Below the pieces are notes generated by a model that was not told the origin of the DNA, did no database searches, and was given only the letters and a program-made list of their open reading frames with translations. A stretch of DNA of 63,981 nucleotides, filler included, from Hyphochytrium catenoides (Eukaryota; Protista; Hyphochytriomycota): NCBI GenBank assembly GCA_900088475.1. It is 12 parts of 12 records of this genome, joined end to end, with 100 filler letters (N's around TTAATTAATTAA, not from the genome) between each part and the next. Parts side by side here need not be neighbours in the genome. Positions count along the whole stretch, not along the records: positions 51,717 to 55,189 come from FLMG01003585.1; positions 55,290 to 56,948 come from FLMG01003193.1; positions 57,049 to 60,116 come from FLMG01003844.1; positions 60,217 to 62,826 come from FLMG01001320.1; 8 more parts are not named here. One strand, 5' to 3'. Positions within the stretch are counted from its first letter, which is position 1, and every line of letters begins with the position of its first letter. This document shows, piece by piece, positions 51,854 through 62,926 of the stretch. The position numbers and the translations under genes are program-made.

Positions 51854-54800
51854 ATGGCCTCTACCATGCAAGTAGCATCCAACGCGGGCACCATCAGCCC
51901 TCGCGCTAAGGCTCAGGCCAGCGCTCAGCAGAACCTTCTGCTAAAGAATCTGGCTAAGGCTTCAACCACTGAGGAGAGAAAGGCAGTCGCCTCTGATCTG
52001 GCTGAGTCTCTTGCCTCCACCAACCATGCTACTCTTCTCGCAGGCAGCATTGTCGATGGCATTGCCGCTGCTGCTCAGGACAAGAAGTCTCCAGCTGCTA
52101 GAGAAGGCGCTCTTCTCGCCATTGTGGCTCTTTGTGAGGCTGCTGGCGTTGCCTTCGAGGCTCACGCTGTACCCAAGCTCCTTCCTCTGGCACTGGAGCT
52201 CTACGCTGACAAGTCTGCCGATGTTCGCAACGCAGCTGAGGCCGCAGTGGCTGCACTGGTGAAGATCTCTTCCAAGTTTGCTATCAGGCTCGTTCTGGAG
52301 GTCGTCTTCGCTGCCCTTGTACCTGAGTCCAAGTGGCAGTCCAAGATTGGTGCTCTATCTGCGCTGAGGATCCTTGCCGATATCTCTCCAGCTGAACTTC
52401 GCGCTTGCCTTCCTGAGATCGTCCCTGTCGTATCTCAAACGATGTGGGAGACCAAGAAGCAGGTTAGCTCTGCAGCTAACGAGACCATGCTTAAGGTTTG
52501 CGGTGTTGTTGGCAACATCGACATTGAGCCTCACCTTCCCATGCTGGTTGGTGCTATCTCCAACCCCGAGAGAGTCCCTGAGTGCATGTTCAAGCTCGCT
52601 GCTATGACCTTCGTCACCCAGGTGGAGGCCCCAGCTCTCGCTATCATGGCTCCTCTTCTTGAGCGTGGTCTTGCTGAGAGACAGACCGCCATCAAGCGTC
52701 AGTCTGCTGTCATCATTGATAACATGTGCAAGCTTGTTGAGAACCCTGCCGATATCGAGCAGTTCCTTCCCAAGCTCCTTCCTGGTCTCCAGAAGGTTGT
52801 TGACACTCACTCTGACCCTGAGTGCAGAAATGTAGCAGAGAGAGCTCTGGGCACCCTCACCCACGTCGGCGGCGAGGCTGCAAAGGCCAAGGGCGCTCTC
52901 TTCAACTCTGCCGTGCAGCAGACTGCTCCTAAGGAGGTCGTTCTTGGGCTTCTCCAGAAGGTTGTCGAGGGACAGAAGCTCCAGGCAGGCGCTGAGGCAG
53001 CCAACACTCTTCCTTCTCTTGAGTACGCCGCTGGCCTTGCCACCTTCCTTATCGAGAGGAAGAACGTCGAGGAGGAGGTTTGGGAGAAGGAGGTCGTATC
53101 TCCTTACCTGGCCCCTTACTATGGGGCTGGAGCTGTCAAGAAGATCAGCGAGAAGTTCCTTGCTCTTGCCATTGAGGATATGGAGAGACGTGCTCCAAAG
53201 GTAGAGCAGGAAGACGACGAGGAGGGAGAAGAGCTCTGCAACTGCGAGTTCTCCCTCGCTTATGGTGGTATGATTCTTCTCAACAACACCCGCCTGCGCC
53301 TCAAGAGAGGCAAGCGTTACGGTCTGTGCGGTGCCAATGGTTGCGGAAAGTCTACCCTTCTCCGTGCTATCGCCAACGGACAGCTTGACGGCTTTCCTCC
53401 TCAGAGCGAGCTAAAGACTGTCTTCGTAGAGCACTCCCTCCAGGCTTCTGAGGCCGAGAACTCTGTGATTGAGTTCGTTGCCCAGGATAAGGAGTTCTCC
53501 TCCCTTGACAGGAAGGAGATTGAGGAGACTCTGGCATCTGTGGGCTTCACTGATGCTATGAGAAAGCAGCCAGTTGCATCCCTTTCCGGAGGTTGGAGAA
53601 TGAAGCTCGAGCTCGCTAGAGCTATGCTTATGCACGCTGACATCCTTCTGCTTGATGAGCCTACGAATCACTTGGACGTTGCCAACGTACGTTGGCTCCA
53701 GGACTACCTTTGCGGCCTGAAGAACGTGACCAGTATCATCGTTTCACACGACTCCGGCTTCCTAGACACTGTCTGCACCCACATTCTTCACTACGAGCAC
53801 CGCAAGCTGGTGCAGTACAAGGGCAACCTTGCTGAGTTTGTCAAGCAAAAGCCAGAGGCCAAGAGCTACTACGAGCTTGAGGCTACCTCCATCAAGTTCG
53901 CCTTCCCTGAGCCTGGTTATCTGGAGGGCATCAAGTCTAAGGACAAGGCTGTCCTTAAGATGAAGGATGTCTCTTTCACCTACCCTGGTGCTGCCAAGCA
54001 GGCTCTCTGCGGCATCAACGTGCAGGTCTCTCTTTCCTCTCGTGTCGCAGTCCTTGGACCTAACGGTGCTGGCAAGTCTACCCTTATCAAGCTGCTGACT
54101 GGCGAGATGAACGCTACCAGCGGTGACTGCTGGAAGCATCCTAACCTTAGGTTCGCCTACGTCGCTCAGCATGCGTTCCATCACGTTGAGCAGCACCTTG
54201 ACAAGACTCCAAACCAGTACGTCCAGTGGCGTTTCCACGGAGGTGAGGACAGAGAGCTGTTGGCGAAGGAGTCTCGTCAGATCAGCGATGAGGAGAAGAA
54301 GCAGATGGCCAAGCAGATCGTCATCAACGGAGAGAAGAGAGTCATTGAGATGCTCATGTCCAGAAGAAAGATGAAGAGAGGCTATGAGTATGAGGTCAAG
54401 TTTGTTGGCCTGGACTGGGAGAAGAACGAGTGGATCGACCGTGATGACCTTGAGAAGTGGGGCTTCACCAAGCTTCTTCAGCGCTTCGATGACAGGGAGG
54501 CAGCTCTGGCTGGCGTCTACAAGCGCACTCTCTCTGCCAAGAACATCCAGAAGCACTTCGAGGATCTTGGTTTGGACGCAGAGTTCTCTACCCACACCCA
54601 CATCCGCGGTCTGTCTGGTGGACAGAAGGTCAAGGTTGTGCTAGGTGCAGCTATGTGGCTCCAGCCTCATATCATTGTGATGGACGAGCCAACGAACTTC
54701 TTAGACAGAGAGAGTCTGGGCGCCCTTGCCCAGGCTATCAAGGAGTTCGGTGGAGGCGTTGTCATCATCTCACATAACACCGAGTTCACCTCTACCTGCT

Positions 54801-55039
54801 GTCCAGAGGTATGGAAGGTCGAGGCAGGTGTCCTCTCTGCCCAAGGACAGGTTAGCGCTGTGCCTGACAAGATTGAGTTCAAGCAGCAGGAGACAATGAC
54901 TGATGCTTTCGGTAACACCGAGAAGGTTAAGATCAAGAAGAAGCTCACCAGAAAGGAGCTCAAGGCCAGAGAGAAGAAGAGAAAGGAGGCTGCTAAGATG
55001 GGCATCGAGCTCAGCGATGACGACGATGACTACGAGTAG
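51854..55039 (+). CDS. eEF3: Translation elongation factor 3 (eEF3; ABCF family with HEAT repeats and chromodomain insert), intronless
   Basis: 1061-aa ORF. N-terminal HEAT region (KWQSKIGAL, TFVTQVEAPAL), CNCEFSLAYGG, Walker A GANGCGKST and GPNGAGKST, LSGGW/LSGGQ, LLDEPTNHLD. Chromodomain-like RRKMKRGYEYEV insert, Lys-rich then acidic tail, strong codon bias. Confidence 0.96.
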   Translation: MASTMQVASNAGTISPRAKAQASAQQNLLLKNLAKASTTEERKAVASDLAESLASTNHATLLAGSIVDGIAAAAQDKKSPAAREGALLAIVALCEAAGVAFEAHAVPKLLPLALELYADKSADVRNAAEAAVAALVKISSKFAIRLVLEVVFAALVPESKWQSKIGALSALRILADISPAELRACLPEIVPVVSQTMWETKKQVSSAANETMLKVCGVVGNIDIEPHLPMLVGAISNPERVPECMFKLAAMTFVTQVEAPALAIMAPLLERGLAERQTAIKRQSAVIIDNMCKLVENPADIEQFLPKLLPGLQKVVDTHSDPECRNVAERALGTLTHVGGEAAKAKGALFNSAVQQTAPKEVVLGLLQKVVEGQKLQAGAEAANTLPSLEYAAGLATFLIERKNVEEEVWEKEVVSPYLAPYYGAGAVKKISEKFLALAIEDMERRAPKVEQEDDEEGEELCNCEFSLAYGGMILLNNTRLRLKRGKRYGLCGANGCGKSTLLRAIANGQLDGFPPQSELKTVFVEHSLQASEAENSVIEFVAQDKEFSSLDRKEIEETLASVGFTDAMRKQPVASLSGGWRMKLELARAMLMHADILLLDEPTNHLDVANVRWLQDYLCGLKNVTSIIVSHDSGFLDTVCTHILHYEHRKLVQYKGNLAEFVKQKPEAKSYYELEATSIKFAFPEPGYLEGIKSKDKAVLKMKDVSFTYPGAAKQALCGINVQVSLSSRVAVLGPNGAGKSTLIKLLTGEMNATSGDCWKHPNLRFAYVAQHAFHHVEQHLDKTPNQYVQWRFHGGEDRELLAKESRQISDEEKKQMAKQIVINGEKRVIEMLMSRRKMKRGYEYEVKFVGLDWEKNEWIDRDDLEKWGFTKLLQRFDDREAALAGVYKRTLSAKNIQKHFEDLGLDAEFSTHTHIRGLSGGQKVKVVLGAAMWLQPHIIVMDEPTNFLDRESLGALAQAIKEFGGGVVIISHNTEFTSTCCPEVWKVEAGVLSAQGQVSAVPDKIEFKQQETMTDAFGNTEKVKIKKKLTRKELKAREKKRKEAAKMGIELSDDDDDYE

Positions 55040-55289
55040 ACTTTCTTCCTCTCCTCTTCTCACGCCGCGCTCTTCTCTCGTTAACTTATTTGGGGACGTT
55101 GCTTTTCCTTGGCCGTCCCTAGTCATTTGTCTCTCTGTTCTGTCTCCTTCCTTCCCTTTTATAATGAAGAATCTATTAAGTAGTTAGATNNNNNNNNNNN
55201 NNNNNNNNNNNNNNNNNNNNNNNNNNNNNNNNNTTAATTAATTAANNNNNNNNNNNNNNNNNNNNNNNNNNNNNNNNNNNNNNNNNNNN

Positions 55290-56948
55290 GAGCGCAACAT
55301 TGAGGTACGCAACCTCTTCGCCTGGGATCGAGGCTACGGTGGGACAGCTGGTGAGATTAACTCTAAGACGATCAAGGCAGGCTCAGACCTCATCGGCACC
55401 TCCAAGCGGATTCGCTCCTTTCCGTTCACTTTTGGGCAAAAGCCGTCCACCACCCAAGTTCTGGTCGAAGAGCAAGGTAGCCAGGCTTCATATTGGTGTC
55501 GCCGAGAGCTTGAGGGACCAAGAGGCTCCCGCAAAAAGCAGTTTGCGATGGCCTACAGGACTGGGATGGGTAAAGTAGTCCTGGCACAGACTACCTTGGA
55601 GCATGAAGCTGGTCCTGGCAAGTGGTGTTACGTACCCCAAGACGGTGATTACCATGATGATGTGCCCACCGAAGGCCCATTTCTTCGATTCGAGATCGAG
55701 AACGTCCAGCTTCTTACCGCATCCCAAAGGACGCCAGATTGGTTTCTTCTGCGGAAGTTTAGGGTTACCGGGTCAGTGGCGTGGCAGACATGGCAGGTGC
55801 TCGCGAGAGAAGAGAGACAGCGTCTTGCTGAGGATCAGCATAGGCTTCTATCCGAGGAGCATGAAAGATGCGCTAGAGATGGAGATCAACCTCGACCTGT
55901 AACATTTCCTGAGTCTACTCTTGAAGAGCCCGTGAAGAAGGTGATGCAGTTGTTGAGTCTGACATATCTCCCAACTGGTGGCCTCCAGTCCGTCATAGAC
56001 CAACAGCCAGACAATGCTTCATCTTATTTCTCTGAGGCGGAGTTAGGCCTGCGAAGGGTTAGTGACTTGAAGGCGATCTGCCGAGGACGAAATCTCTCAC
56101 CCACAGGTAGCAAGGCCCAGTTGATAGAGAGGATCCTGGCTGCTCAGGAAGATCGAGGATATCATTCTTCAGTGGAGAACCGGACGAACCTTGGCTCTCT
56201 TATCTTTGGGCTGTGGTTCTTGAAGCCGCTTAAAGGATCTTCTAAGGTCCCTGACCTCAAGCTAGGGACGAAGAATGAAGCTTATGTGCTGAGGCATCTT
56301 CCTGCTTTTATTTCCCGTCATTATATATATAATGATGTTGACATGGCTTCTGGGGAGAGGTACCTAGGCTGTGGACCCTTTGTTGAAGCCATAAAAGAGT
56401 ATGGGCTTCTATGTAAGCGAAACCAGCCGGAGGCTGCCTTTTCCCCTGATGGAATGATGGTAATTGTCTCTCCTGACCGCGGCCGTTATCTTGCGGGTAT
56501 AGAGATAAAGAGTAAGACGAGGACGGAGACCACTGAAGCTGAAGAGAAGCAGCTTATGACGGAGTGGGGTCGCTTTGTGCGGGTCAATGTCTCTCTCAAT
56601 CCCGATCGTCTCAAGCAGTGTATACCAAGCCTGTCTTATAGGTGCCAGATTCTGCACAATATGGCTTGTGCAGGAGTCACTGATTGGTATTATGTCGGGG
56701 CTTCGCTGACCAACATCATTCGGGTCGTCCACGTGACCATCAGCACCACCGACGCTGGCCTCTATCGAGCAGCTCTTCAAGGTGTCAGAGAGAAGTATTT
56801 TAGCTGGGTATATGATGCATCTCTCTCTCCTCCTGAATATCTCTTTATGGAAGACGCGAATTTGGGACACGCGGTCGATGCCCAGACAGTGGTTCAAACT
56901 TTGTCTCTCTGGCGCTCTTTGAGCAATCTGGTTATGGACAAGGGCCGC
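55290..56948 (+). mobile_element. Putative DDE transposase containing SAP and YqaJ/lambda-exonuclease domains (partial; open from gap to gap)
   Basis: The frame is open from 55290 (553 codons). AWDRGY 55320-55337, IGTSKR..FPF 55392-55427, QRTPDWFLLRKFRVTGS ~55725, SAP VSDLKAICRGRNLSPTGSKAQLIERI ~56058-56135, GTKNE, AFSPDG 56436, EIK 56502, YRCQILHNM. Confidence 0.7.
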
Positions 56949-57989
56949 NNNNNNNNNNNNNNNNNNNNNNNNNNNNNNNNNNNNNNNNNNNNTTAATTAA
57001 TTAANNNNNNNNNNNNNNNNNNNNNNNNNNNNNNNNNNNNNNNNNNNNGCCTCCGGAAGCAGCGCCTGCGCCATTGGAGGCTCCCATGGAAGCCTCTTCA
57101 ACCACCAGCACCGATGGAAGCGACTCTGCTGGACACAAGCATGGAGCAGGATGCGGACACTCTGCAGGTAGCTACTTGGTGGGCCACACAGAGACCATGA
57201 ACTCAGAGAAAGAGAGAATAGAACCTAAGCTGAAAACGGAAGGATGCTAACTTGCAGAAGAGAAATGAAAGGAAAGGCACAAGATTTTTAGACCAAGGAG
57301 ACGCAGAAGACTCTAGCAATTTCATTCGCTAACCAGATTTCTCGATGCTTTCTGATAGTTCTCCACGACGGGCACATGGACTTCCTACTAGAGGATGGCA
57401 CGTTGGACTGCGGCGTCAGCTTTCAGGACATTAATGAAGTCCTTGCGTCTCTCAGCTGCGGCGAGTGTCGATTACCTGCTAGCAGTACCAGCGGGGAGTC
57501 TTCAACAACCCCTGCGGTTGACAAGGAAGCACAGGAAGCACAAGATAGGTAGGTTAAGCACTCTGCGAACTAGTTTGCACCCAAACGGGAGAACACTTGT
57601 GAAGATGTCTTGTCATGGAATCAAGCCTCAGCTAGCGCTAACCAAGTGCTGTGCTCAGGCCTAGTGCCACGCTTTTGACGACAGGCTCGGAAGATGGGAC
57701 TCCTATCTTGGGCTCGTCTTCAGGACAGAAGACGAACTTTTTTGACACGATAGCCCTACCCAAGCCTTTCCCCTGGTTCAGAGAAGAACTCAAGCCTTCC
57801 CAGGATACAGAGAGTAACATAGGAAGGAGTCAGTTAGGGGAAAGGGTAGCTCCTAGTGCACTCCATCGTCACTGCTCGCCAGTGACGCAACCAGGAGAAG
57901 ACAGCACACACCACCACCACAGGGAGGACTGTGGGCATATCCCAGTGACTCATTTAGACCATGTAGACTTTATTGTGGGAGGCAAGCTC

Positions 57990-58740
57990 GTCCATCAACT
58001 GGGCTGTGGGCATGTCCGCACCCACGGGTCCATCAGGTCAGCGAGATCTTTCTTCTCCGCTATGCACGCTCTTCATCTTTCTTCCTGTGCCACTCATGGT
58101 GTTAGCCCTTCCTCGCCTTACTGCTGCTGTCGCCTATGGCCATCTTGCCATCCGTTAGGTTATCGCTCACTCTTCCCTGCCTTTTTTGAGCATCTGTACG
58201 TTCCCAACCTTCTGCAAGGCTGGCTCTATTTCTTCTAACCTGGTTGTGCTATTCTCTGCAGGCTCCTTGACGACGACGTCTTGCGCTTTATCGATGCTCT
58301 AGAGCAATTGAAGCAATAGCGAAGCAGGGCCTAGGATGCTGACGGGAAGGAGACATATTGACGTCTCCAGTTTTGCCTTCCGACTTATCTCAGAGCTAGA
58401 ATTGAGCATTATTTATTGGTCTATCACATGGTTTTGCTGTACAAACTTTATCCCTTGGTTGCTACTCTCACTTCGTCGACCTTCTCGTTTTCCCTTTCTC
58501 TGGGCTGGTCGCTGTCAGTGATACGCTTGGAACGTTAGTCTCTAGATTCTGTTGCCAGAAGCTTACAGAAGAGATACAGAGCATGTTGATGCCCCTACAA
58601 GTCGGTATTGGAGCTCCTGGAGGCTCTGAAGCTGTCATTCACCCTGTCAGGCATTTGCTTGAGAAGCTTAAGGACGTACCAGGCACGGTGTTATTAGAGG
58701 TTGACCTTAGTAACGCTTTTAAACACTGTTGATCGTTCGA
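57990..58740 (+). mobile_element. CRE-clade-like non-LTR retrotransposon RT relic
   Basis: SAPTGPSGQR (~58015), then AVSDTLGTLVSR...PLQVGIGAPGGSEAVIHPVR...LLEVDLSNAF, a frameshift, then NTVDRS (58505-58740). Truncated and decayed. Confidence 0.75.
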
Positions 58741-59594
58741 TGGAGACTGCGGTGGCTGCGTGCAGGGCGGACAGCCTCATCGCTCGCTGCACTCTCTTGC
58801 TGCGCCGCCTGGGCCGCTGAGCTGTCGGCTGCTGGGCGGTTGGCCGTGAGCTCGTGAGCTTGATAGTCTGATCCTAGGAAGAGGAAGGAAGGAAGACGGG
58901 GGAAGGGGAAAATAACGGACAAACTGAACTTCACCTTCAAGCTTCTCAAACATCTTTTGGCCCTTGGGCCTTGGGTCGCCGGACCCTTATTAGCTGCTAA
59001 TTCACTAGCCATACTAATCATAAATAAAGAGTAGGGTTATCGTTTATATTATGGAGCGAATATGATAATCAAAGATATTGGTTTATCTGGGTGAGTGTCT
59101 TGGATATTGTGGATTATGGGTCATGTGAAGGGACTTGACAAGGGCGACGAAGATCGACAGCGCTTGAGCTCCAGCTCCAGGTCCGGCGTCGAGCCTCGGC
59201 CAAAGCTCTGGAAGACCAAGCCTTGCAGCGCTAGGACTGTGAAGCTCTAAGGGTCTTACTCTAGACCATCCGGACGCTGAAGCTCTGAAGCTCTGGCCAG
59301 TAGGCGCTGGGACTGTGAAGCTGTACAGATCTAAGGGTTTGTGGGACGTCTGGCTGTGAAAATGCAGGCGATTTGATATATGTCGACTGCCCGACACTCT
59401 GAAGCCTGACAGTTTGACAGACCGAACTGCTAAATCTCTACGGACTCAAAGTCCTTATGCTCTGTTGCTCTTCTTTCACATCCAGGAAGCTCCATCGCGT
59501 ACATTTACTGCCGAGGAACATCTGCCTTACTCATCAAGTCAGAGGAATAGAGAGAGAGAGACATACTCTGTGACCTTGAGCATCCCAGGTCGAT

Positions 59595-60116
59595 ATGATT
59601 CGCCAAGGAGCGCGTGTTTGGAGACCGTCATCCCTTCCATCCAGAGCCGGGGCATGCCCATCCTATGGCCGCCTCTGCAAGTCCATCGCTGCCCCAATAA
59701 CTGTCACTGCGGCACCAAAGCTCATCGGCGCTCTTCGGGCATCATCCACAGCACACCCAGCCCACGCCGACAGCGGAGAAAAGCAAAGAAAGGAAGATGT
59801 CAAGCTAGACCTTAACCATGTGACCGCAGCCTTTGAGCTCAAGTCAGACTTCGAATTAACACGCGCTCTCCTTGTCTTCAAGCTCTGTGGCCTCCCTTGG
59901 CTCGTCAGACACAGCCGACAACTCACAGATCTTTCGTACAAGATCCTTGGTAGGAAGATTACCGACTACATGCTGAAGCTTACATTCTTCGGTCATTTCT
60001 GCGCTGGGGAAGACGGAGAAGATATCCAACCCGTCATTGAGAAGCTCAAAAAGGCAGGGATTGGCTCTATTCTGGACTACGCAGCGGAAGCGGACGTAGC
60101 CAAGCCTCGAGATGTG
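59595..60116 (+). CDS. PRODH: Proline dehydrogenase, N-terminal part with mitochondrial transit peptide, truncated by gap
   Basis: Arg/Ser-rich leader, then AFELKSDFELTRALLVFKLC...LKLTFFGHFCAGED...GIGSILDYAAE. Confidence 0.88.
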
Positions 60117-60217
60117 NNNNNNNNNNNNNNNNNNNNNNNNNNNNNNNNNNNNNNNNNNNNTTAATTAATTAANNNNNNNNNNNNNNNNNNNNNNNNNNNN
60201 NNNNNNNNNNNNNNNNT

Positions 60218-60252
<35 letters not shown>

Positions 60253-60482
60253 TGTGTTTTTCTCTCTCTCGCTCGGGAGCCTTTTCTGACGTCCCTCCTT
60301 CCGTCTGTCACGGAGTACCTTCTGCGGCTCAGTTGTCTCTTCCTTGCTTTCCCAGTCGCTCCTTCAATACTTGTCTTGCCCGACCTCATCGAAGCAGCGC
60401 GGCCCTGAACTCTCTCCTTTCTCGCCTGCCCATTTTCTTCGCCACTGATGCTAGTGTCTCTCTATTCCACCTAGAAGAGGAA

Positions 60483-60517
<35 letters not shown>

Positions 60518-60717
60518 GAGAGAGAGGGGAAGGGAGACAAAGAGATACAAAGGGAGAAAGAGAGGGACATAATAGAGGAGAAGGGAGTAGGAAGAGCGGC
60601 AATAAGAGAGAGACAGAGAAAGAGAGACAGCAAAGAGAGACAGAGAGAGAATAGGAGAGAAAGAGAGAGACAGACGAGGAGGGAGGTGACAGTAGCAGTA
60701 AAAAGACGGATCGCGCC

Positions 60718-61247
60718 TTGGCGTCGATGGAGATTTCTCAGATCCTGTCCGCTTCCGCCGCGGAGATCAAAAGAGAAAGAGAGGAGACGGCAAAGGTGGA
60801 GGAGACACCGAAGGAGAGAGAAGGAGAGACGTCAGGCCCCTCCGTCACCTCTGTCCTGCAGTCAGTGGCGAGAGAAACAGCAGAGAAAGGCCAAGAGAAG
60901 AGAAGAGAGAAAGAGAGAGAGAAGAGTGGAGAGACTTCTAAGCAAGATGTCGCAGATATTCTCTCCACAGCAGCCAAGGAGTCAGCGGTGAAGAGAGACA
61001 CGGGAAAGCGCTCATCGGAGTAGGTCCCCAGACCGAGAGAGCTTAGTCCTCTTTCCCCTATCAATCTTTGACTCTCTCTCTCTCTTTTCTCTCTTGATGT
61101 CTAAGAGTTCCCCTATCGCTTTTTCATGTAAAGCCCGGCTCTTTCTCTCTGTTTTCTTCTTTCTCTCTCCCTCTTTCCTTTCGCTCTCACGCTCTCGCTC
61201 TCTTTTTCTCTCTCTCCTTCTTTCTCTCTCTCTCCCCCTCTCTCTCC

Positions 61248-61288
<41 letters not shown>

Positions 61289-61868
61289 GCTCGTCTTCCT
61301 CACTCGCTCTCGCGTCTTACCCATCTTATCGTCTTAAACTTGCCCTTTGTGTCTCTTCTCTCTTTCTCTCTCCTCCTCTTTACGACACAGAAGTTTGACC
61401 TGCCCAACGTCTCCTCTCTCTCTCTCTCTCTCCCTGTCTTGCTTTGATCTGTTTAACCATCTCTCTCTCTCATCGCTCTCTCTCTCCTAACTTCTCTCTG
61501 ATGTTTGTTATCGATTCTCAATTTAGAGAGAAGCCTCCCGATGGAAAGTCCTCTCCGGCCAGCATTGGAAACATTCTTTCCAGCGCAGCAAAGTCCATCT
61601 CTGACCCAAAGGTCAGCTAAACGGAAGAGAGAGAGAGAGAGAGAGGGAAATAAAGGGAGAGAGAGAGAAATAAGAGGGAGAGAGAGAAAGAAGAGAAAGA
61701 GAGAAGCGGCAGAGAAAGAGAAAAAGGAAGCGAACCAAACAGTCTGGTCAATAAAAAGGCAATCCCACGGAGTAAGAGGCGGACAAAGCCAGCGATAAAG
61801 AGAGAGAGACAGAGAGAGAGAGGCAGAGATAGAAGGAGAGAGAGAGAGAGGAAGAGAGAGAGAGAGGA

Positions 61869-61899
<31 letters not shown>

Positions 61900-62339
61900 G
61901 AGAGAGAACGAGAGCTATCCTTACCTTAGACACACTGGCCGCAGGATCGCTTGGTAGGAGAGCTGCTCAAGGAGGCTGCTGCTGCTGGGAAGAGCACGGA
62001 AGGCGATGTAGGAAACATCTTAAAGGAAGCAGCAGGCGCAGCATCCTTTCTCTCTCCCTCTCTCTCCTCTTCTCTCCCCGTTCAGAGCGCTCTAAAGGCG
62101 GCAGCAGAGGAGGTCGCCGCCGCTCCAGTAGCGAGTCTGTTGAAAGAGGCGGCAGCAGAAGTGAGAGGAGAAGGGAAGACAGGCTCTGTGCAAGGTAAAG
62201 AAGAAAGAGTTCGCGGGAAAAAAGGAGCGAGAAGAGAGAAGAGTTGGCGAAGGAAGGAAGAGATAGATAGAGGGAGAGCAGAGGGAGATTTCTTTTGAAG
62301 AAAACCTATGACAGAGCCAGAGAAAGAAGTGTGACACGG

Positions 62340-62380
<41 letters not shown>

Positions 62381-62800
62381 CAAATGGGTCCTTTGAGCGG
62401 AGGTCGATAGCAGTGAAAGGGCCGCAAAGCCGGATACACACGCTGCATCCCAGTAGTATAAGGACAGAGAGGGCTGAGAGAGAGAGAACAAAAGAGGGTG
62501 CAAAAAGGAGAGAGAAGAAGAGAGAGAAGGAGAGAGAGGGCTGGAAAGACAGAGAGACAGAGAGAGAACAAAAAGAGAGGGGGAAAAAAAGAGAGAGGAA
62601 GAAAGAGAAAAAGGGAGAAAGAGAGAAGGAGAGTGAGAAAAGGGAGAGGGAGAGAGGAAGAAATCAATCGAGAAGGTCGGATAGGACAGCGCTCATGGCC
62701 TTGTTCAGTTCTTCTAAAGGAAGCCGCCAGAGAGGTCACTGCTGGTGGCAGCGTCGGGGACATTCTCAAAAGTGCCGCTAAAGAAGTGGCTAGCGGTAGG
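60718..62800 (+). CDS. Fragments of a repeat protein with (V/I)xx(I/L)LxxAAxE units
   Basis: ISQILSASAAE, VTSVLQSVARE, VADILSTAAKE, VGELLKEAAAA, VGNILKEAAGA, VQSALKAAAEE, VASLLKEAAAE, LLKEAARE and VGDILKSAAKE, in three blocks separated by GA/CT-rich intron-like DNA. Confidence 0.45.
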
Positions 62801-62926
62801 GTCTCTCTCTCTCTCTCACTCTCTCTNNNNNNNNNNNNNNNNNNNNNNNNNNNNNNNNNNNNNNNNNNNNTTAATTAATTAANNNNNNNNNNNNNNNNNN
62901 NNNNNNNNNNNNNNNNNNNNNNNNNN

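Noticed and set aside
52355-54601. Long minus-strand ORFs within eEF3
   Set aside because: Antisense artefacts of strong codon bias.
51854-56948. eEF3 plus YqaJ as an endogenous giant-virus segment
   Set aside because: They are separated by an artificial spacer, there are no viral hallmark genes, and the YqaJ ORF carries transposase-like motifs.
59210-59345. Short repeats GGACTGTGAAGCT
   Set aside because: Only 2-3 irregular copies, with no array structure.
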